A DNA stretch of 64,000 nt, taken from contig NW_024704742.1 of NCBI RefSeq assembly GCF_018977255.1, positions 57,228,001 to 57,292,000 of the forward strand, in the 5' to 3' direction. This DNA is from Callorhinchus milii. Its lineage: Eukaryota. This document shows, one piece after another, positions 1-12,063 of this stretch. A program made the translations under genes and the position numbers. The notes under the pieces are model-generated. The model was not told where the DNA came from. It made no database searches and worked only from the letters and a program-made list of their open reading frames with translations. Position 1 is the first letter of the stretch. Every line of letters starts with the position of its first letter.

Positions 1-1009
1 ATATGTTGATGTGATGAGCAAATATATCAGATGCAGTCATTAATATTACTGCCACTTTCCAGGAAATTGCACTTTGGACTCTACTGTAGTTTGTTTCCCA
101 GTGAGTGTTTACTGCTGTTGAATTTTTACTTCACATCTTGTGACACAAAAGGGAATTTTACTGTCAAAGTGTGGAGTTATGTGATTTTTTAAAAAAGTTA
201 TGTTATTTTTTAAAAGAAAATGAAGTCCTGATTTCTGGGATATTTGATTTACTTTTATAGAATGAATTGCTTAGTTGCATTTTGTATTGCAGCGAAGGTT
301 GAATTAAATCAAACTGTTTATGTACTTGACCTGGTCAATGCAGATAGAGCTATTTGTACATTTCGGTAAATATACAGCTGGTTGTGCACTTTGTTCAGAT
401 TCAGTAACTACACTGGCAAAAGCTGTGAGCACCAAAACTGAATAAAACCTTACATTAAATTTATATATTTGGATGTTTGGGAGTAGTTTCAAAGCTATAA
501 TCGGGGGACTATTTTAAATTGGTTACAATTCATGATATCCCTCAAATTCAATTATTGCCTTATAATCCTGCTCAATTAATCCCTCTCACATAATTATTAT
601 TATCTATACTTGTGATCTGGAAACATCAAATTGCTTTCAGACTGCAAGAAAATGAATGCTGTAGAATTGAGATAAAATAGCAGTGTGTTTATAACTAAAG
701 AATTTTCTAAGTGTTTAGAGGGGATAGAGGAATGTCTTCAAATATTGTCGAATATGGTGCTCAACTTTCCAAGGGTTTGGTGCCTGATTTCTAAATTGCT
801 ATATTGAGTGCTTTGCAACAGGGCAAAGTTTAATTGAGGAATTCAAAACTCCCCGAGTTCAATGTCGATCTTAAACCTGAAATTGGTGGTAGCTGTGTTT
901 GAACCGTATTTAACGGACCTTAATTCAGCAGGATATTTGATGCTTGAATGAATCTAAATAACAAAAAAAAACTGTTGAATCTGAGCTGGGGGAGAAGGGG
1001 AAGCCTAAG

Positions 1010-1255
1010 AGATGGGGTGGGCTGGGTTGTCAATGCCTGTCGATGGTGGGATGGGGGACATGAAGTGGGATAGTGTTCGCTGAGTGAAGGGAATGGCTGG
1101 AGCGTTGTGGTTGGTGGAGTTCGTAGAGGTAGAGTGGGGCAAGACTGGTGAGGAATTTGAATGTGAGCTTGGGGATCTTGAGCGCTATCTGCTGAGGGAT
1201 GGACCCGAGTGACTTGCAGAGCCTGGCACAGAAAAGGACGCAGACCTTATTCATG
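1010..1255 (-). mobile_element. Old L2 LINE fragment
   Basis: Degenerate IPQQI..KI..LTFK...LAPLYLYEL similarity. Confidence 0.6.
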
Positions 1256-2134
1256 TGAATTAATGGGGACTGGTGTATTAATTCAACAATGTTGCTTCAA
1301 TTTTAAGCTTTACTCTTTGCCTTTAGATATATAGTTGAACACTGTTATCACTCATTTCATTATTGCGATGTTTTGCTTAAGTGTTGAAATGTGGACCTGA
1401 TGTCAGTCACTTTCTTTATCTTGCAAAAAGCCGGCTAATATCTTGAAGTGCATTGTCTTTCTGGACACATGTCCAGTTACTGCGGAAGTGTTGACTGGCG
1501 ATTGTGCCCTGTTATAGAGCCAGTGGGATTTTATGGATTTACTATATTATACTGGAACTCCACTGTAATTGAATACGTACATTCAATTTTGTTTGGAATG
1601 AGTTTTTCAGCTGAATCTGAGTTTTTGTTAGAACCTACGCTGAAAATATATATTGCTCTGTGCCACACGTACAATAGCAATTATTAAAGTAGGCCTAAAG
1701 ATCATCTTTCATCTCTGGAAAAACAAAGCAATTATATATTTGTAATCATATTTATTGAGTCTTAGTAGAATGGAGCTTAAATCAGTACTTGACCTGAGCA
1801 ACTCGTTGGGTTGGATGCCAGAATTTTTTGGGGGTGGGCGGAATTCCTTGTACTAGTTCAGTGGCCACTTTGAGATGTTCATCCAAGTCGATCGATACTA
1901 AATAGGTGTACGTTTCTGTTGGTGATTACAGTCTGGGTGAGGGAAGGTGGAGAACATTACTTTCTCATCATTGCAGATAATATATTTTTTCATTTTTGCT
2001 ATAAAAATTGCTTGCATATTCCTTAAGTTTTAGAGAGGGTAATTGCAACACATGACAATTTTTATCCCTAGTCGTGAAATGGGAAAGGAATTTCAAAACT
2101 TATCTTAGAAGATGAATTTTGAGACTACACTTAA

Positions 2135-2351
2135 AATACTGCAGATGTTGGAAATCTGAAACGAAAACAGAAGTTGCTGGAAACACTCAGCAGGTCAAGC
2201 AGCATCTATGGAAAAAGAAAAGTGAGTCAACGTTTCGGGTCCACAACCAGTTCTGACGAAAGGTTGTGGACCCAAAACATTGACTCATTTTCCTTTCTCG
2301 ATAGATGCTGCCTGACCTGCTGAGTGTTCCCAGCGACTTCTGATTTTGTTT
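2135..2351. mobile_element. Palindromic Penelope-like (pLTR-derived) element with hammerhead-like cores
   Basis: About 90-bp inverted arms (2159-2248 / 2262-2351); CTGACGA at 2253-2259. A second single-arm copy sits at 18804-18908. Confidence 0.7.
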
Positions 2352-4380
2352 GAAATCTAACAGATTGTATGTAGAGTCTGAACTGTTATCAAGGAGCCAT
2401 CATGGCACTATTTGGCGCAAACTGTCTAGAAGCTAAAAATGGTGGAATTGCAGTTAGTATTGGAGCGCTCATGCTTAGTGGCACAGAGTGGGAAGTTGCC
2501 TTCCGTGAAAATGCCCTTTTCACTATGTTTAGTTCGCATCATTAGGGAAATAAATTGTGATGGAATGCTGTGGGTGGCCAAAGGTTAGGGTGTAATTATT
2601 ATCTTGCAAGAGATATTGAATATGATCTTTGGTTGAAAAATGTCAATCGTGTACGGAGTGTGTGGAATATTAAACACTTCTGGAAGAAATCTTGCCAGGA
2701 TATACATTTGTGTGTTTGAGAGAGATTTTTAACAAAGGCAAAGTGATTTTTATTGTACAGTTCAGTATAGAGTGAGTGGGGATGGCCAAGAAATTAATTT
2801 ATTGTTGTGCAGTGAGTGAGAATTTCCAAGGCAGGTTGATAAATTACAGGTAGTGTAGAGAATGTTTAGCTGAAAGGCCATGATAACAGAATACCTTTTC
2901 CTTTTTATATACAAAAAAGGAGTGGCTAATGAGCAGTCTTCCTCAGACGTTTTTCATTTCAGCAATGTCCATTGTTAAGGAGGCTGCAGATGTGATTTAA
3001 ACGACTTTATAAGAGTGAATGAATAAACACTGACATTGTGGGAGGCTCAGCACCGAATGCCCACGCTAAAGCAATTGTTGAATGCTATGAATGCTATGTA
3101 AAGTGATTTCTTAATTTTAAAAAATTGTAGCATTCTTGCAAGCAGAAATGTGACTTCTTGTAATTAGAATTGACCAACTTGTATTGTAAAAACCTCCTAT
3201 TCAATAAAAAGAAGACTGAATCCAGTGGAAGGGTTCAGATAATACTTATTAACAAAGTGTCATATTTTCCCCCTCCCTTACTCTTTTGAAGACATTGTTC
3301 ACTGTGTTTGGCATTCGGCTCCGTTCTGCAAGGAAATTTGTGACGTTCTCCCAATGTGCAAGGCCTTATATAAATGTATATTGTATTATTCCACAAAGGC
3401 TGATTTTGCTTGGGTAACTTGACCAAGTTGCCATCTTTAATGTGTGAATATTCACTATTGGACTATGAGGTGCTCTGATCCTGATATTAGTGCATGTGTA
3501 CTTTGTAGTGTGTGTTTGTGGGGTGGGAGGATCATTGGATAGGAATCAGTGCAAATCTGCATGAGATTCATTAAGGCATAATTTCTACACTATTTTAACT
3601 TTTGATTCTTTATTATTGTAAAAACAATCAGTAAAGTTATTTTTTGAAATGTCTGAGAATACAGATTGAAGAGGAATATTTTTGTATCGAGTCTAGATTT
3701 GAATTGACTGTCCTACGAAGATGTTTAGTATCTTTTTCATGTCTAAATACTTCACAAGTAATTATTGCCGATCGTAGTGACTGTTACTATAGGTAGGCAG
3801 AGGAGCTATTTGCCTACACCTTGAGGTGAATACCAAAGTAAACTGTTAGATTGTTGGTTGACTTGTGGGATATAGAGGATTGGTTTAATCAATTAACCTT
3901 GAATTATCACTTTTCTTTTGCCAGATTTACACTTCCACGAATATTTGTAGTAGCACAAATTCAATGAGTTATCTAGAGTGCTTTGGGACGCTATCCTGCG
4001 TGAGGGGCGCTATGCTATATAGATGCAAGTTGTTGTTGAGCAACACTTGCAAAATTAAGCACAACAACGCAAAAGAATCCAGTGCATACCATAATTTAGA
4101 TAACGATATCATGCTTCAGTATGATGCTTTTTGACCAGTCAATTGGCATCTCTTTTTTTTTCCCCTTCTTCCTTCTAGCTTGGTGTCCAACCCTGTGCAG
4201 TGTTTCAAGATGTCATCCTACATGAAGAGAGCTATATAAGTGCATGTTGTTGTTGTTGCCACTTTCCAGGTGGTGTGTGCCAGGAGGCAGCTAAAATGTG
4301 CTCTCCAAATCCTAGTGATTGATATTAAAATTGTCTGGTTGCTGATAGTGAAGTGGCATTATTTTAGTGACAAATGACAT

Positions 4381-5620
4381 TCTGTCCATCTGCGACCAGG
4401 GCTCCCTCTGCCTCCTTGACCTCTCTGTTGCCTTTAGCACTATCGACCACTGTATCCTCATTCCTCATCCACCACCTCTCCTCTCACCTCAACCTTCACG
4501 GCTCTGTCCTTGACTGGTTCAGATCGTATCTCTCACTCTGCCTCCACTTCATCTCCACAAACGGTTTCTCCTCTAGCCCTTGCACTGTCTCGTGTGGCAT
4601 TCCTCAGGACTCTGTCCTTGGTTCCCTCCTCTTCAATATTTATATGCTCTCTCTTGGTGACATCATCCGCAGACATCGGGTCAACTTCCACATTTTTGCG
4701 GATGACGCTCGACTCTATCTCACTGCCTCCACCCTTGACTCCAGGACCACTGCTGTCCTGACAGAATGTCTGTCCGACATCAAGTCCTGGATGAGAGCTA
4801 ACTTTCTTCAGTTGAACAAGACCGAGGCTCTCCTGAGTGGCTCCCTCCAGAGCCTCCTCATCTCAGACATTGACAGCATCACCATCCATGGTTGCACATT
4901 CCACCTTGCCAAACCAGTCCGGAACCTTAGCATCTCGTTTGACCCTCTCAACTATCCTTTCTACCGCACATCTGCGCCATGACATGCTCTGCCTTCCCCC
5001 ACCTCCGCAACATCGTCCGGCTCTGCTGTCGAAACTCTCATGCTTTCATTACATCGAGGCTTGACTATGCAAACTCATTGCTTGTCGGCCTCCCCAGTTC
5101 CTCCCTGCATAGGCTGTAGATCATTCAGAACTCTGCAGTCCGTGTCCTCTCCCGCACCAGGCTCCGTGACCCTATCACTCCCATCCTCGTCCGCCGGCTT
5201 CCAGAGGACACAGAGGATATAGTTCAAGATCTTGGTCCTCGCCTTCAAAGGCCTCCGTGGGCTTGCTCCCCCCTACTTCTGCGATCTCCTAATCCCCTAC
5301 CATCCTGCTCATTCTTTCCACTCAGCGGGCTCCGGCCTGCTTCATGTCCCCTGCCTCGCCCCACTATTCTGCCACTCTGCCCCCACCCTCTGGAACTCCA
5401 TCCCGCAGTCACTCCGCCTCATCCCCTCCCTTGCCACCTTCAAGACCCATCTCAAGACCCTTCTCTTCGACCATGCTTTCGATCTCCCTGCTTCTCCCCC
5501 ACCCCCACCACCTTCCACGCTCCCCGGCCTTGAACCCCAGCTCGGATCTGAAACTCTGTCCTCCGCCTTGGGACGTCCTCCCGACGTGAAAGGCACTATA
5601 CAAATGTAATTTTGTCGTTG
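4381..5620 (+). mobile_element. L2-clade LINE, 5'-truncated and frameshifted (RT C-terminal half plus 3' tail)
   Basis: GIPQDSVLGSLLF and FADD (YADD) motifs, WMRANFLQLN, APTLWNSIP, FKTHLKT; 3' stem-loop plus GTT-rich tail. Confidence 0.9.
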
Positions 5621-8600
5621 AATTAATTGCGATGTCTGCTTGGCTTGTTGTTAGTATAGTCGTCTCACTGTCAACTGGGTTCAAGCCCCATATCAGGGGT
5701 TTGGAGATCACCATCTAGGATGATACTCAGGGCAGTGTTGTGGAGCGCTGTAATGTCAGATGTGCGTTCTATTGGTTGAGGTGTAAAACTGAGCTCCAGT
5801 CTTTCTTTAGGTGGATGTTTAAGAACGCATGACACTATTCAAAAAAAGAAGGGTGTTTCTTCTGGCACCATGACCATCAATCCTCCAGATAAATAGGTCA
5901 TTCGTATTAATAATTACACACTGAATAGTAATTATTGTAAAGTACTGTATACTATGAGATATTTTGATTTTGCAGGCACAATAGCAAATGGAGGGATTAT
6001 TTAGTAAAATCCAGTTATTGGATACAAGGTATCAATTTTAAGATTAACAATTATTTGGTTGTCAGCTGGAAATCCATCACCATGCAAACCAAGCTGAGCT
6101 TTCCATGTATGGCACCTACACATAGAAATTTCGGAGACAGATTGTTGGAATAGAATGTGCACTCTCTCCCTGGAGGGACGCTTCCTCCTTACCCAATTCT
6201 GGAAAGTATTAGACACAGGTTAGCAAGAACCAAGGCTTGGGGACCCCAGAGCATGCATTGAGGTACTGCTGGAATCTAACCAGCTAAAATTGCATAGCGC
6301 TGTCTGTCAAGCTTTCCTGCTTCTTGTCCAGCTGATACTACCCTACCCGTTAAGGCTTTGGATTGCTTTGGATGACAAAAAAAAAGGGGTGTGAGGTTGT
6401 TTAATGGTTATTCGGAAATGAAATGCCTCACCAAAAACGATAGTTGAAATAGAATTCAAAATAGTGTTTAAAAGGGAATTTGATAAATATTTAATCAAGA
6501 TTATGGGGAAAGAACATAAATGCATAGCTTTTTCAAACATAATGGGCCACAAAGCTGGCCTCCTTTGCTATAAAATTCTGATTCTACCTACCAGTTATAG
6601 TTTGTCATTTGAATGTTTTTAAGATTAAGATTTGGTAATAAGAATCCTCTCCTTAGCAAAGTATAATATATGCCAGTGTCTCTTGGATCCTAATGGAATC
6701 AGTGTCTTTAATTTTTTACTGGTGCCATCGTTGAACTCGATTGGTTTCATCAAAGTGAATAGCATGGTTTGGTTTTGCATGTAAATCCACAAATTTCTGT
6801 GCCGGGTTACATCATCTCTCACTTCACGATCCTACAATTCTGTATTGATTAAACCAATATTGCTGAACAAACAGTGGCTTGTTGCTGTGAAACTAAGTGA
6901 TCCAGCTTTTTGGTAGAGAAGAGAATGAATATGTGCATTTCCACTCTTTTCTGGAAAGGCACTTTGACTGTGTAATGCACGTAAAAGTTGCTTTGCAAGT
7001 GCAAGTTGACCCATCGATTTTTAGTTGGTAAATTCTACGTATATTGACAGAGCCCTGTGAATTTCCTAGTCTTAGCAGAGTTAGCTTATAAACATGGCAT
7101 TAAAATGCCACAATTGGGTCTCAGTCGTCCTGGACTAGCAATAATTATCCAGGTTGCCCACTTTTGATCGTTTATGTAATTATACATTCTCTTTTTTTTT
7201 TCTCCTGGATCGGGCTCTATGGGCACATTTCTGTAGTCCACTGACACTGACTATTCAGGTTGCTGCCCTCACCTGTCACTGTTGTTAAGATGAGAGGACA
7301 AGAGTAAGTATGTTCTAAGACATCTGCTGTGCCATACATCAAACAACTGACAAGTCGCATAAACCTCTACTGGTACTGCCATGAAATGGCACTTACAAAG
7401 TTACAAAAATCTATAGCATGGAAACAGGCCACTCAGCCCAACCAGTCCACACAAATCTTAACTTATTCTTTCCCATACCCTTCTATTCCCCTCCCTCTTG
7501 GGAACGTCTGGCTTTCTCTTGAATGCATCTACACTATCTGATTTAACCACCGCTTCAGACAGCGAGTTCAACAATCTCACTACCATCTGCAAGAGATAGT
7601 TCTTCCTAAGTTCTCTTTTAGATCACTTTTATCGTACTGGAATCAATACAACATTGCTTTAATTTGTTGAATGATTCAGAGCAGGAAACAGAATTTATAG
7701 TTAGTTCTTGATTGTAATTGCATTGCCAATTGGCTGAGTGTAGCTTTGTCCAATTGCAACAATATTGCTTCCATCAGTAAATGGAAATGAAGCAGGAGAC
7801 TTCCTCCTCCTTAATTGCAGTGTCTTGGTAGCCCGGTTCCTGAGCCAGGGGGGTCCATGGTACTACAGGCCACTGTTGATGATCGACCAGCCAGCCTGGC
7901 TTATCATCAGGATTAGGAAAGGCAGATCTGGGGGCAAGGATTCTTCCCATTCGAATCCTGTAACTGCAAGCCAAAACCTCAACAGGTAGGGTGGTCCTAG
8001 CTGGACAAAGAGCCATACATTTGCTAGAAGGTGCTTTCAATGGCAAGCTGTGCAGTTTTAGCTGGTTAAACTGCAGCGGTACCTAATGCCCAAGTCTGAG
8101 CTCTTGCTGGCCTGTGACTTGTGCCGTCTGGAGTTAAGTGAGCAATATGCAGCCCTCCAGCGAGAGTGCATTTCATTCCTGACACAGGAAATTCCTATGT
8201 TTAAGTGACACGTATGGAACTTTGATGGCATTGATACGCCAAAGTATGATGATGGGTTTCCTTGTGTGTTGCCGCCTCCTCCACAAAAATCCAAACTTCA
8301 TGATAATCTTTGTTTTTGATATAGTGCCTTGTCACTTCATTGACATATCAAAGTGCGTCATAGGATGTACGGTAAAGTGGTGTGACTATGTGTATTTTGT
8401 GTCCAAACGTGCCAAGTAATCTACACACAGCAATGTCTCACAAATGGGCATGATGCAAATGTGGATGGTTGGCCAGGATACCTGGAGAAATTCCCTTCTC
8501 TTTTCAAATAGTGCTATGGAATCTTTAACGTCCACCTGGACAGGCAGACAGTACATTGATTTAATGATTCGCCCCAAGGACAGCATCTCCATTAATATAG

Positions 8601-9503
8601 CACAGCACCAGAGCTGCATTGGAGTGTCAGCTTCGACCATATCTATTCCAGGGCGCAGCAGTTTCAGCACCCCCAATATAAAAATTGTTCCAGCGCCACT
8701 GCACCAGAGGTTTTATTTAATCGGTCAACACCATATAGCTTGTCATTGAGAGCGCTTTTATTTCGGAGAGTCCAGGGAGTTTTTTTTTCTAAGGCGGTAT
8801 AGCTTGCCGCCGAAGGCAAATGGGCTGCAACTGAGGTTAGGTGTCAGTTTGACTTTGTTGATAGTAATCTTGCCTCTGAGACAAAGTTGTCAGTAAAAGG
8901 CTTGAGGCATTGAACTCACATTCCAAAGCTCTTATCCAGAATGCATCATTTGAATGAGAGTGTGAGTGTCCTCCAGTTCCTGAGCCCAAGTGGATCTGCA
9001 GTATTCCAGGGCACTGCTAATACCAGCACAGCCAGCCCGGCTCATCGGGAGGACCTGGAAGGGCAGACCAATCATTGGGGGCAGGGAGTCATCCCCCTCG
9101 GCTCCTGTTAACCCGACAGTCCAAAGCCCTAACAGGTTGGCTCAATTTTTTCTGTGCATACAGGCTTTAAACTTTCTTTTAAATGTACTGCTATAGTTCC
9201 TCTTCTCGCCTTCAGTTTATCAAAGTGAGCATGTTACTGTAGTGTTTTTTTTAAAAAGATCATGTTTCTTTAATAAAAAATGATTTTACTCCGTGACACT
9301 GTACAAAAAGATCAATGGAGTTTCTGAAGTTTTTCAGGTTTATAACCACTTTGATTATATCTGTCAATCGTCGCACTAGTTTGAGGAAAATATGTTCACA
9401 AAAGATTCAAACTAATAGTAATTGCTGTGAATGTTAAATGTAGTTTTAAGGCTCTTCAAAAACATTGACAGTCAGTCATTTTTGATCTATTCCTTATTCT
9501 TCT

Positions 9504-9520
9504 AACTGGGTGAAAGGGCA
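9504..9520 (+). promoter_or_regulatory. Candidate PPAR/RXR response element (DR1 with 5' extension)
   Basis: AACT-GGGTGA-A-AGGGCA against the consensus AACT-RGGTCA-A-AGGTCA; one mismatch per half-site. Lies outside recognisable repeats. Confidence 0.4.
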
Positions 9521-10932
9521 CATTTTTTGGACTGTGTTATAACCTGTACACAGGTTTACAGCGGTACATAGTTCTTTATGTTTTTGAGCACTGGAGGAGA
9601 CTTCCTGGCACTTATTCTTTTTTTGGCAAAGCAACAACCACAAATTTAGGAGTACCGTCTTTCAAGGTGATAGGTATTAGCTACTTTAAATGTGTGCATA
9701 AAAGTACAATTGACTACATCTAATTATTTGCACACTTCTTTCCAGAATCCTAGCAATTGCAATGCAATTATGAACTACAAGTAATTGTCTTGAATTTTTA
9801 TTACATCTTTTATCAAGTTTAATGTGCAAACACGTCAGCCAGTTGCCAGTAAGGTCTCATAAACTGACTCAAATTGACTCAATTGCCAATTATCTGGAGG
9901 ATTAGGGAAACCAAGAGAAAGTCCTTTCTCTTTTGAAACCGAGGAAGAATTCTCTAAAGTTCACCTGAAAGAAAGGTGGACCTTATGTTTAACATCTCAT
10001 CTAAAGGATTGTGCTTCCTGGTGTGTGTGTGTGTGTGTATATATATATGATCACAAAAGTTTCAAACTAATATTAATTGCTGTGAATGTTAAATGCAGTT
10101 TTAAGGCTCTTCAAAAATAACTGATTGCCAATTTCCTTTTTGATCTATCGCCCACAAAATATAGTCAGTTCACTTACAGTATATTCTGTGAAGCACTTTG
10201 AGATATCTAGAAGATGTGATAAGGCACTATATCAAATGCAAAGATTATTATTATTACTGCACTAAACTATCATTCTCGTCTGTGATCATAAATCCCAGAG
10301 TTTAGTTTGAACCTTCTGACTCAGAAACTGAGAATACTGCCATACCGGTCGGTGTATGACAAGCAATAATGCAAAACCTAATTCTTTAACAGAGAGCTGG
10401 AAAAATTCTGGTGAGAAACTGTTTTAAAGGTTATATGAGTATTTTCCGCCTTTCCTTCTCCCCTCGGATGGCTAAGTAACTGCATAGTGCTAATGGAATA
10501 ATCCCTCAATTGAGGTCTGAGGTAATATCAGACCTCAATTATCACCAGATTGCTTTTCCAGGGATAATAGTCCCTCAATAAAACAATAATAATTAAGTCA
10601 CTCAATCCACGACTGTTTGTGGGACACTGCTTTGCGCAATTGGCTGCCGTGTTTTGCCCACTAATATACAGTCAATTCACTTTACAGTATATTCTGTGAA
10701 CTGTTCTGGGGCATCTAGAAGATGTGAAAAGCGCTATATCAAATGCAAGGATTATTATTATCTTTGCTAAAATAGTGCTGGCGATACAGTTAATCTCTGC
10801 TGTCCATTGAGAACAATTTGGGATTATGGCCTTTGATAGTTGTCTAGTGCTCCTTCCTGTTAATGGAATTGCAGTTGGATATATACTGACTGGTGCTATA
10901 ATAATAATCCTTGTATTGGATGTAGCACCTTT

Positions 10933-11470
10933 CAACAACAATAACAACAAGATTCCATTTATTGAGCGCCTTTCACGTCGGGAGGACGTCCCAAGGCCCT
11001 GTACAGTTGGGTCAGGACCCGAGCAGCGGGAAATGGTCAGGGTGAGGGGAGGGAAGGGAGGGAGCGAGGAGGGGGTAGAGAGTCGAGAGGGGAGCTGAAG
11101 GCTCGGTCAAAGAGAAAGGTCTTGAGACCAGCCTTGAAGGAGGAGAGGGAGGAGGCGGCGAAGGCACTGGGGGATAGAGTTCCAGAGCCTCGGGGCTGAG
11201 AGGCTGAAGGCCCGACCACCGATGGTAGGGCGATTGGGGCGGGGGACGTGGAGCAGACCGGAGCCGGAGGAACGGAGGGTACGGGCAGGTAGGTAGGGGG
11301 ATAGTAGGTCGGAGAGGTAGGAGGAAGCGAGGCCGTGAATGGCCTTGTAGGTGAGGATGAGGAACTTGAATTCGATCCTCTGGGGGATGGGGAGCCAGTG
11401 GAGGCGAGCGAGGGTGGGAGTGATGTGGTCCCGAAGCCTGGTGCGGGACAGTACACGAGCTGCAGAGTTC
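10933..11470 (-). mobile_element. L2 LINE 3' fragment (young subfamily)
   Basis: HITPTLARLHWLPIPQRIEFK...APRLWNSIP; (GTT)n tail; near-identical to 28677-29140. Confidence 0.9.
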
Positions 11471-11708
11471 ATATCGAGAGGATGTTTCAAAAGTGCTTCA
11501 CAGTATTTACTGTAAAGTGTAGTTGGTGACTATTTTGTAGGGGCACATGGCAGCCAATTTACGCACAGCAAAGTCCCACATCAGCCTAGATATTTATGAA
11601 CAATTTTATTTGGGGGATTTATGGTTTTGCTGAAGGGAATTGAGTTTGCGTTTAATACTTTTTTTTGTTGACTTGTGCTTGAAAAATCCTATTGGATTGG
11701 ATCTTGTA

Positions 11709-12063
11709 GAATCCTGTAGCATATTGATTAAAGCACTCACCTCACAAGCGAGATGAACCGGGTTCGATTCCTGGCCAGGTTGAAACCCTAGGCAAGTTTC
11801 CTTACCCCACATGCCTCTGTTTACCTCGCAGTAACTAGAAAACTGTTTGTTAGTCGATTGGCGGTTCGCTTTTCTGGGGGTAATAATCCTTCCAAAAAAA
11901 ATAATAATTTGATCACTCAATCCACGACTGTTTCTGGGACACTGCTGTGCAAAATTGGCTGCAGTGTTCCACTCACAAAATATACAGTCAATTCACTTTA
12001 GAGTATATTCTATGAAGCACTACGATATTTTAAGGCATTGTATCAAATGCAAGGATTATTATT
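11709..12063 (+). mobile_element. tRNA-derived SINE, intermediate subfamily with a longer linker
   Basis: Same head and tail plus an extra GTTAGTCGATTGGCG segment shared with 35680-36050. Confidence 0.8.

Noticed and set aside
4374..4982. 202-aa RT-like ORF as a functional gene
   Set aside because: 5'-truncated, frameshifted L2 copy with a degenerate catalytic motif region.
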